Shown here in pieces: positions 17,446-25,900 of a stretch of 54,742 nt of DNA. Both the position numbers and the translations under genes were made by a program. Location: NCBI GenBank assembly GCA_903835325.1, contig CAILMU010000061.1:1-54742 (forward strand). Reading direction: 5' to 3'. The stretch comes from an uncultured Candidatus Micrarchaeota archaeon (GTDB taxonomy: Archaea; Micrarchaeota; Micrarchaeia; Anstonellales; Bilamarchaeaceae). How positions within the stretch are numbered: position 1 is the stretch's first letter; each line of letters opens with the position of its first letter. The notes below the pieces were generated by a model that worked only from the letters and a program-made list of their open reading frames with translations, did no database searches and was not told where the DNA came from.

Positions 17446-19787
17446 GAAAACTTGCGATTTTCCTGGTGCTGGCGTTGCTGATCGGCCAGGTATCGGCGGA
17501 TGAGAGCGGCCCGACATCCACGGCGCTTTCCGCGGTCGGGACAAACCCGGACCTTGTCCACGAGCTTTTCTCGGACTGGCAGGCGATAACGCTCATCGCG
17601 ATAATGCTCTCGGCCATGCTCGTCTCCTTGGCTTACATGCTCGGGATTGGTTTTGAGATCCCCTCCTTGAAAGCATGGGCCGGCACCGAGCTTGGCCAGG
17701 TGATAGCGAGCGCCATCATCGTGCTGACATTATGGGTCCTCATGGGGATAATCGATTTCAATGTCGCGCTTGTGGTCAACAGCTCCGTGGCGAGTGTTTC
17801 CCAAGGGATGCCCTCTTGCATGGCCGTCGGAGAGCCGTGCCTGAAGGATGCGGCGGTGTTCTACCTTGATGGCTACATCGCGTCGGCAAAGAGCGCTGCC
17901 CGCGCCATTTTGGTCAACAATATGGACGCGGCGAACAAGGCGAACAAGAGGGATTTCTTCAGCTGCTCGCTCGCTATCTACCCCCTCCCATGCATGCAGT
18001 ATTCAAGCCAGTCATCAAATGATGCGTACCTTGTCCTGGATGTCGACAAGAACACGCTGTTATTCGAGAATTACGCATCGCTCCTCTCATCGATGGAGGC
18101 GCAGGAATTCTTCGTCAAGAACATCTGCTTCCTGGTCGGGCCGTATATCCTCGCCCTCGGGATCCTGGCAAGGACATTCTTCATGACCAGGAAGCTCGGC
18201 GGGCTTCTTATCGCTGCCGCTGCGGCGCTTCTCTTCGTGCTTCCCCTGATGTATATGTTCAACTGGATGACGCTCAACCTGGACTTCAGCGGCGATAAGG
18301 AATTCGGCAGCCAGGCCAGCATGTGCCCGGAGGAGTGCTCTGCCATGCCGCCATTGGTCTATGATGCCAATGTAGTCGGCGGGAAGAACTTCATTTACAG
18401 CAGCCAAGACTTATATGGCATGTTCTACGATGCGAAGAAAGACCCGCTGATCACAAAGAACCTGACCAACGGGATCATAGGAACGTATGACTGGAAGACC
18501 GAGTTGCCGGGAGTGACACCTAGCAAGGGGCCGCCAGACCCTATGCTCACATCATGCCAATCCCAGGCCACAGTGAAGATATCCGACCTGCCGGCTGATT
18601 CCGCATTCGATTATTCCACGCTCTGCGCGAAATACGTTGACAACAGCCTGATAGTGCAGACATGCGGTTCGCAATACCAGACCCAGGATGCCAGCGGGAA
18701 CACCGTGATGCTAACCATAGACAACGCTTCGATAGAATGCCCGTATTTCTGCAGGGAGCTCCCATACCCTTATGTGAATTCCTTGTGCGCCCCGCCCATC
18801 ATCCAGAAGGCTTGCGCCAAGCTTCCGGAGATCTGCAAGGTGAGCCGGAAGGCCACCCTCAACACATTGAGCAATCATGCCGACGATGATTTGAGCTGCG
18901 TCCAGGAATGCAGGGTCGTGCCTCCCTTGAACAACAGCTGCGATGTCGGCAACTGCCTTGAGTCGAGGGCCGACTGCAGGGTCTCCATGCGAAACGATAC
19001 GAACTATCGGATCACACTGATCGGACAAAATACAGGTTCCAGCGATTCGAACATGGCCAATGAATCGCTGAAGTGCTCATGGGCATCCGAATGCCCGGCG
19101 AGCCTGGTGGCAAACGAGTCATGCACCTGGGTATTGCCCCGCACCCCGCAGGACTGCAAGGAGATATGCCCTTCATGCCCGAGCGAATGCAGGGTGACCG
19201 GCATGGATGGCTCGGAGCAGGAGATGCTGCCTGATAGCTGCTACAGCGATTCGTCGAAAACAACGCTCATCGACTCGTGCAGCAGCGCGAACTGCCCGGA
19301 CTCGTGCAAGATACCTATCCAGAGGATAAAGATGCTGGACCCGACAAACATCGCATGCAAGACAAGCGACGGTTCGAGCCAGTGCAGGTGGGGATGCAGG
19401 GTCGCAGGGACGAGTTCGGTTCCGACCGGATGCGATCAGACCGCTTGCAGCCTCAACGTCTGCGGCGGATCATTCAGGGAGACCGTGCCATCCAGCTCCT
19501 GCCAGAAATGCCTGGATGTGGAGGCTAATTTCCATTATGACCCGGCGGTCCTGCGCAACTGCGCCGATTATTGCGCACCGCAGAAGAACCCGACCGAGAA
19601 CCCGGTCAAACCGCTCACCATGAACGGGTTCGTGGGGGGCGGGGATTACCAGAACATCGCGCAGCTCATGATCCAGGCATACCTGCTTCCGCTGTTCGAT
19701 TTCGCTGTCACGCTCATGTTCGTCCGTTCGTTCTCGGGGATGCTTGGTGGCGACATAGAATTGCCAGGGGTTTCCAAGGTGATATGA
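17442..19787 (+). CDS. module gene 3, copy A: membrane protein (781 aa) with a large Cys-rich ectodomain insertion
   Basis: ATGA overlap with gene 2. Signal peptide is MRKLAIFLVLALLIGQVSA. Motifs YMLGIGFEIPSLKAWAGTELGQ, ILARTFFMTRKLGG and C-terminal MLGGDIELPGVSKVI. The Cys-dense region spans about aa 280-735. Confidence 0.9.
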   Translation: MRKLAIFLVLALLIGQVSADESGPTSTALSAVGTNPDLVHELFSDWQAITLIAIMLSAMLVSLAYMLGIGFEIPSLKAWAGTELGQVIASAIIVLTLWVLMGIIDFNVALVVNSSVASVSQGMPSCMAVGEPCLKDAAVFYLDGYIASAKSAARAILVNNMDAANKANKRDFFSCSLAIYPLPCMQYSSQSSNDAYLVLDVDKNTLLFENYASLLSSMEAQEFFVKNICFLVGPYILALGILARTFFMTRKLGGLLIAAAAALLFVLPLMYMFNWMTLNLDFSGDKEFGSQASMCPEECSAMPPLVYDANVVGGKNFIYSSQDLYGMFYDAKKDPLITKNLTNGIIGTYDWKTELPGVTPSKGPPDPMLTSCQSQATVKISDLPADSAFDYSTLCAKYVDNSLIVQTCGSQYQTQDASGNTVMLTIDNASIECPYFCRELPYPYVNSLCAPPIIQKACAKLPEICKVSRKATLNTLSNHADDDLSCVQECRVVPPLNNSCDVGNCLESRADCRVSMRNDTNYRITLIGQNTGSSDSNMANESLKCSWASECPASLVANESCTWVLPRTPQDCKEICPSCPSECRVTGMDGSEQEMLPDSCYSDSSKTTLIDSCSSANCPDSCKIPIQRIKMLDPTNIACKTSDGSSQCRWGCRVAGTSSVPTGCDQTACSLNVCGGSFRETVPSSSCQKCLDVEANFHYDPAVLRNCADYCAPQKNPTENPVKPLTMNGFVGGGDYQNIAQLMIQAYLLPLFDFAVTLMFVRSFSGMLGGDIELPGVSKVI

Positions 19788-19788
19788 C

Positions 19789-20775
19789 ATGAGGCGGCTA
19801 ACACTGGGTTTTTTCATCCTTCTGCTGTTCAGCCAGTTGGCGTTCGCCCAGTGGGAAAGCGTCGCGGCCATTTCCGTCATAACCTCCGCAGCCATGCTCG
19901 GCCTCCTGTATATGATTGGTTTCGGATTCGGCATCCACGAGCTGATATTGAGCTCGAAAGAGGAGGCGTACCAGCTTGTTGTGGTGATCGCCATGATAGG
20001 CGGTCTCATAATCGTCCAGACAGGCGGGGATGCTATTTTCGGGGCGATGGCCGGGTATTCCACCACCATACAGGATACGGCGAAAAGCGATGCCGACGCC
20101 ATGATCACGAACCTAGCTTCCGAATTCGGGGTGCTTGCAACCCTGGAGAACGATGTCGCATATCAAGGTTCCCGGTCGCTCTCCTGCACGCTTTTCACTG
20201 TGGGCCATACTATCAGCGGGTGCGGAGGGTATTCCATGGTGAGCCCGGCCATATCCGGCGTAGAGGCAACGGTGGGGCTGGGGATAGCAGAGCTCAGCTC
20301 GCTGTCAAGGCTGATGATGATCGGCAAGGAATACTCGTTCCTCCTCCTGCTTCCGGTCGGGATAATCCTGAGGACATTCAAGATAACGCGCGGGGCCGGA
20401 GGCCTCATCATCGCTCTTGCTATCGCGCTCTATTTCGTCCTCCCGCTGATGATAATAACGATGTTCGGGATAGCCGACCAGTTCAAGAACAGCTCGGCAG
20501 GAGCCTCGTATAAGGCCGGACTGCCTTCGATGAATGTGATAGAGTGCGTACCGCAGGACACCGATGACGGGACTGGTGAGGGCACTAACCCTGGCCGGGC
20601 GATGAATATCCTGGACCAGATGATCGCGGCGACCCCGCAATACATTTTCGCACCGTTGATATATGGGATAATCACCCCTGCAATAGCATTGCTCGGGACC
20701 ATCGCCAGCCTAAGGGCATTGGCAAGCATAAGCGGCGCCGACATAGATGTCAGCGCATTGTCCAAGGTGATATGA
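19789..20775 (+). CDS. module gene 4, copy A: polytopic membrane protein (328 aa), family member
   Basis: Signal peptide present. Motifs YMIGFGFGIHELILSSKEEAYQL, LLPVGIILRTFKITRGAGG and C-terminal SGADIDVSALSKVI. Confidence 0.9.
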   Translation: MRRLTLGFFILLLFSQLAFAQWESVAAISVITSAAMLGLLYMIGFGFGIHELILSSKEEAYQLVVVIAMIGGLIIVQTGGDAIFGAMAGYSTTIQDTAKSDADAMITNLASEFGVLATLENDVAYQGSRSLSCTLFTVGHTISGCGGYSMVSPAISGVEATVGLGIAELSSLSRLMMIGKEYSFLLLLPVGIILRTFKITRGAGGLIIALAIALYFVLPLMIITMFGIADQFKNSSAGASYKAGLPSMNVIECVPQDTDDGTGEGTNPGRAMNILDQMIAATPQYIFAPLIYGIITPAIALLGTIASLRALASISGADIDVSALSKVI

Positions 20776-20778
20776 AGG

Positions 20779-21834
20779 ATGGTGGATGTGTGCTCGGCCG
20801 GATTTTCCGACTTCATATATTCAGGCGTGATGCCAGCCGCCGCAGTGTCCGCGATCGCCGCGACCGCCGTGATCGCGGCATCTTACATGTACGGGAAGGC
20901 GACAAGCAATCCGAAACTGAACGACTATTCGAAGACCGAGGCGGTCCAGCTTCCGATAACGATCGCTTCCATCATATTCATCGTGCTGGTCATCAGCTCA
21001 TTCTGCAGCATCGACATGAACAGCGTAAGGGCGGTCTTCAACCTGCCCGTGCTCCCCAACTCGACCGATGTCTTCGGGGCCGCGGAATCGTACCTGGACA
21101 ACAGCGCGATTTTCGCCCAGCAGGCCCTTGTCACGGCCCGCTACCAGCACTCGGCGTATAATATCCTGCTGATGAGGAGCACCTATGCCTGCGAGTGGTG
21201 GTGCATATTCGGGCAGTCAGGTTTCAGCTATCAGGGATTCTCGGGTTACACCGGCAGGATGAACCTGATGGGGATGCTGATGAACACGAGCCTCATCTCC
21301 CTGTTTTCAGCATTGAATGCGCTTTTCATTTTGAATTTCGTGAAAAGCGGGTTCTTCATGATGCTCCTGCCCATCGGCATTTTCACCAGGTCGATGCCGT
21401 ATCTTCGCGCTTTCGGATCGATATTCATAGCGATAGCCATGTCATTTTTCCTGATATACCCGGCGACGCTTGCGGTCTTCTCGATGATGGATAAGCTTTT
21501 CACATCGCCTTTGGACGGGCTGACCTGCCAGTCCGGGGACAACACGATTGTTATCAAGGATTATTTGCAGAACGATGAGAACATAATAAGCAGGGATGAT
21601 TCGGATCCGGGCCTGAATATTGGAGAGAAACTGCATGATGATGAACTTGCCAGGGCTTACCTGCCCTGCGGCCAGGATTACCCTGCCCAGACAGCGCAGC
21701 TGGCCGCCTATGCGTTCATAGCGGCGGCATTCCTGCCGACGGTCGCTCTTCTGGCTGCAGCGGCAAGCGCAAGGTATATCGCCAAGATGTTCGGGGAAGA
21801 GGTAGACCTCAGCAGGGTCGCCCAGATGGTGTAG
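20779..21834 (+). CDS. module gene 5, copy A: polytopic membrane protein (351 aa), family member
   Basis: Motifs YMYGKATSNPKLNDYSKTEAVQL, LLPIGIFTRSMPYLRAFG and C-terminal MFGEEVDLSRVAQMV. In frame with gene 4, separated only by TGA and one codon. Confidence 0.85.
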   Translation: MVDVCSAGFSDFIYSGVMPAAAVSAIAATAVIAASYMYGKATSNPKLNDYSKTEAVQLPITIASIIFIVLVISSFCSIDMNSVRAVFNLPVLPNSTDVFGAAESYLDNSAIFAQQALVTARYQHSAYNILLMRSTYACEWWCIFGQSGFSYQGFSGYTGRMNLMGMLMNTSLISLFSALNALFILNFVKSGFFMMLLPIGIFTRSMPYLRAFGSIFIAIAMSFFLIYPATLAVFSMMDKLFTSPLDGLTCQSGDNTIVIKDYLQNDENIISRDDSDPGLNIGEKLHDDELARAYLPCGQDYPAQTAQLAAYAFIAAAFLPTVALLAAAASARYIAKMFGEEVDLSRVAQMV

Positions 21835-21887
21835 AAGGATGGTGCTTGCGATTAGGATTGGCGGGATAAAGGAACAATACAAGCGGT

Positions 21888-22940
21888 GTGGATATGCCTA
21901 TTGAATTCGTGCATCTGATTCTGGAAGGGGAGCTGGTCCCCAGCTCAACGATCCTGCCTTTGGAGATATGGGTAGGCCTCGCGCTCCTCTCCACGATGAC
22001 GGTCCTCCTTATCCACCTCATAATCCTGATGCTCGCCAGGGCATTCGATATCGCCGATCTCAAAGCGTATGCCGAATCCGAGATGCTCCAGGCGGCCGCG
22101 ACATTCGTGATGGCAGGGTCCATAATAATCCTTCTCGGCGGTGCCTCGAATTTCGCATACACTCAACTCTTGAGCGGAGGCCAGGTACAATGCGGCGGAA
22201 GCATGATGGACCTGGGGCACGGCGAAAATTCGTTCGCCAAAGGGCTGGAGATCGTCCGCTGCAGGCTTCTTGAGAAGGCGACTGCCATGTACGACCTGAA
22301 CAACGAGGTCAACAAGCAGGCCAAGGATTCGGGGATATTCGACAAGCTGAACGACCGGGAGAGCTTGTTCGGGATGGCGGTTTCCCAGGGAGACTGGGAT
22401 CCGACATTATATGAACAGGCCGAGAGCTACAGGTATGCCAACACCGTTTCTGCCAACCTCATGATCGCCTTGAACGCCCAGGCATTCTTCATAACATATG
22501 TGGAGAAGAACATGGTCGTCTTCTTCCTCCCGCTGGGGATAATCCTGCGCGGTTTCAATTTCACAAGAGCGATAGGCGCTTTCCTGATATCCCTCGCTAT
22601 CGGCCTGTATTTCATCCTGCCGGTCATATTCGTCCTGACGGATCCGGGTTTTGTGAGGGTGCCGCCAATCAGCAATGTCGCGACCGTGCCTTCATATTGC
22701 TATAGCACTTTCGCCGGGGTGATCACCCTCGTCAACCTGCCCAAGGTCGAGACGATAGCCGAGACCCAGACGCAGATGACGCTGTCGTCAGCAAGTTCGG
22801 CGCTGGGGAACCTGTACACGAGCCTGATAGTGCAGCCTTTCGTCGTATTGTCAATAACGCTGGTGTTCATAAGGTACGGCATGTCCCTCCTGGGGGGCGA
22901 GACGATGGAGCTTATGAGACTTGCCGGGAGGGTGGTCTGA
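21888..22940 (+). CDS. module gene 6, copy A: polytopic membrane protein (350 aa), family member
   Basis: Motifs LMLARAFDIADLKAYAESEMLQ, FLPLGIILRGFNFTRAIGA and C-terminal LLGGETMELMRLAGRVV. The track start is GTG, and the ATG at 21894 aligns better with copy B. Confidence 0.9.
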   Translation: MDMPIEFVHLILEGELVPSSTILPLEIWVGLALLSTMTVLLIHLIILMLARAFDIADLKAYAESEMLQAAATFVMAGSIIILLGGASNFAYTQLLSGGQVQCGGSMMDLGHGENSFAKGLEIVRCRLLEKATAMYDLNNEVNKQAKDSGIFDKLNDRESLFGMAVSQGDWDPTLYEQAESYRYANTVSANLMIALNAQAFFITYVEKNMVVFFLPLGIILRGFNFTRAIGAFLISLAIGLYFILPVIFVLTDPGFVRVPPISNVATVPSYCYSTFAGVITLVNLPKVETIAETQTQMTLSSASSALGNLYTSLIVQPFVVLSITLVFIRYGMSLLGGETMELMRLAGRVV

Positions 22941-25900
22941 TGAAAATACTGCCGATCGCGATTTCATTGATGGCTTTTCTATTGATTGCCGGCTGCCTCG
23001 AGATGCCGAAGAACTACTCCTGCTGCCTGAAGGTGAATGCGAGCGATCCGCAGGACAAGTGCGTGATGTACAATTCGTCAGACCCTGACCATCCGATAGA
23101 CCTTTCTGCCAACACGACAAGCTGCAATGTCACGGCAGGGACGTGCAACATAACCACCAAAGCAGGAGGCATAAACTTCGTGGGGGCCTTCCCAGTTATT
23201 ATCGCCGTCCCCTACCCCCCGGAGACAACCCTTCTGCAGATATGCACCGAAGCAGCGCCCCAGAAATGCATCGACCCGGAATGCAGCGCCATGGTCTGCG
23301 GGGATTTCGAATACACCCCGAAACTCGGGTCTTCTGCCGAAGAGATGGAGAAGGGCCTGCCGAACCCGCCGGAGACCAGCGCGGCGATCAACCTCTACCA
23401 CGGCCAGTGCAAGATCATGCCGATGGATTACAAGCTGGCCAATGTCTTCGAAAACTCGCCGAGCTACTTGAACCGCTTCAGGCTGGGGATAGGAAGCAGC
23501 TTCGAGGAGTATTCGGCGTATAGCACATTTTTCCCTACATCCGACAAGTTCTGCAATGCAAACCCACTGGGCACCATTGACCGCTATGAGAATTACCTCA
23601 CAGCTGCTGAAACAGTCTACGATCCGGTCAAGGAAATCAACGATTCATGCGTGAGCGACAAGAATCCGTCTGAAACGCCGCTTTCATTCAAGCTCGGCTC
23701 CCTGAATATCGGGGGCGACGGGAATCTGAAGACAGGGTATAAAAACGCGAATTTCATCCGGCAGGTCGTTTTCCCCTGGTACAGCGACCAGGCCGGGGGT
23801 GGAAATCACGCGACCCCATCGTCATCCAACGGCAAACCGCTCTATGCTATCGACACGCATGACTTCACCGGCGAGAAGATAGCGTACATGACCCCATATT
23901 CGAGGCCGGATACGAAATTCTATGGCACCGAGCTCCAAAAAGTCTACATGGACGGGGCGTTCGAGTTCGACTTGTGGGTCATAAGCGTCAACAACAAGCT
24001 GGACCAGCTCAATGTCGGCCCGGAGCCATCCATGCCGGCTGTCTGCAAGAATTGCTTCGATACCTGCAATGAATCGATAACATGCATGAAGTCATCCATA
24101 TACCAGCAGTATTGCCAGGATTATTGGGACAACAGCGATGCCTGGGCAGCCAAAAAGAAAGCGGCCGAGGATGCGGTGACAAAAGCCCTCGGACAGAAGC
24201 CGAAGGAGGCCCCCCGGGGCGCGTACGAGTGCGACCCCCTCAATCCTACAGAATGCATGTCCGCGCGCTGCGATACCCAGGACTACAGCAGGATAAATCT
24301 CTTCACACGCGACCAGGAGGTCGCACTGCCATGCAGCCATTCGAAAGTCAATGAGACCCGTTTCGGCGGAAACGTCACCGAATATGATGTCATCACCTGC
24401 AAGCCGTCGATAATGAATCAGGGGGCGGGGGGGAAGCCGGTTTTCAGCACAGCCAAAGCGGATTACCTGCAGGGCAATGGCGATTACGCCACTTCAGATG
24501 CCGGCGACATCGTGCTGTTCAGTTTCCCATTTTCCAAATACCCGCCCGACCATGTTGTGGCTCATACCGAAACAAACCTGTTCGGCACTTCCAGCGCCTC
24601 AGACGCCGGCTGTGTCGACCCCGCGAGGTGCGTGCAGGGGGCGTATCCGGCCGAGTACAAGACGGATGGGAAACCCGTGGTCGGCTACACCGTAATGAAC
24701 CGCGATGAGTTCCCCAAGACGATGCTTGCGCAGATCTGCAACCTCCAAGAAGGACAGGATTACCAGGTGGTGGAAGTTAATGACGATACCGCATGCGGGA
24801 TATCAGAGTATGCGCCCGAAAATGCCTGCCTCATCGTCAAGGACCCGAACTTGCCGGTTGGGAAGAACACGTGCAATATCATGTACGGCAACTGCGGCAC
24901 GGGCTTCCTTGCGACGGACGTCGGACCTCATGAGATGAATTACTATGGAGGGAATCCTTTGATCGTCTACAACGGGTTGGTGCGCACATTCGGAAAGAGC
25001 AGCATATTCATCCCGATATGGCATGGCGACCCTCATGGGCCCGGGTCGTACATCAATAACTATGGTTATGCGAACACGATTTTCCCCGAGGAGATCAGGC
25101 CCCAGTTCGTCAAAGACCTGGAAATCAAATACAACAATACCGGGTATGATTACGAATGCCTCAAGACCCCGAGTCCGGAGTCAGGACTCCCGCCCATCAC
25201 AGATTGCCTTGCAGGGATTTCGAACGCGCCCAAGGAGATAGTATTGATCAACGGATTCGGGACATGCAACTTCAACTATTCATCCCGGGAGCTGGAAACA
25301 GAATACCCGGTCACAAAAGAGTATGGATGGTGCGACAGCTGTTCGCTTGCGACCCTGGCATACCAGAAGGTCGAAAGGAGAGGCGTCCCATACGTGCCGC
25401 TGAATGAAGTCGGATTCAGCTCCATCAGCGGTTCTGCATCGGTGTACAAGATAGACCGCTCAAGCGGAACCCCGGCAACGCTGATAAGCCCGGAAGTGTT
25501 TGAAGAATCCCAGTTGAATGACCCATACCAAACTACCCCGATATGCTCCTGGAACCCCGGTTATCACATTGGGTCATCCATACCTTCAGGTCAGATGAAT
25601 TGCAGCAGCAACAGGGATTTCGAACCGTACCACAAGAACAACCCATTTTACATACAGGCCCCTAAGGAGGTGCCGGAAGCGACATACCTGAAGAACCAGA
25701 TGGCGCGCCTTCTCCAGTCCGGGGCGATCCCGATACTGGATCTGAGCGACAAATCTAATTGGGAACCTGGCGATGCGGGGATTGACTTGGGGAGTGCGTT
25801 GCAACAAGGGGTCACAGCGGTGCAGATCGCAGCCGGTGGAAAGGATCCGGTGGCGAAACTGGTCTATAATATCGGGGCGGTGATTGTGGTCGTCCAGGAT

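Noticed and set aside
20773-20775. Global UGA reassignment (UGA as a sense codon) to explain the in-frame TGA between genes 4 and 5.
   Set aside because: TGA ends purA at about the expected length. It also ends several genes at conserved positions with overlapping TGATG or ATGA restarts, so TGA is a normal stop in this genome. Only local readthrough remains a possibility.
20776-20785. Repeated AAGGATGGTG after the gene-4 and gene-5 stops in copy A (also at 21838-21847), considered as a Shine-Dalgarno or regulatory element.
   Set aside because: Spacing to the downstream starts is inconsistent: it overlaps the ATG in one case and lies 40 nt away in the other. It is only partly present in copy B. 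It probably reflects the similar C-terminal codons and flanks of the paralogues.
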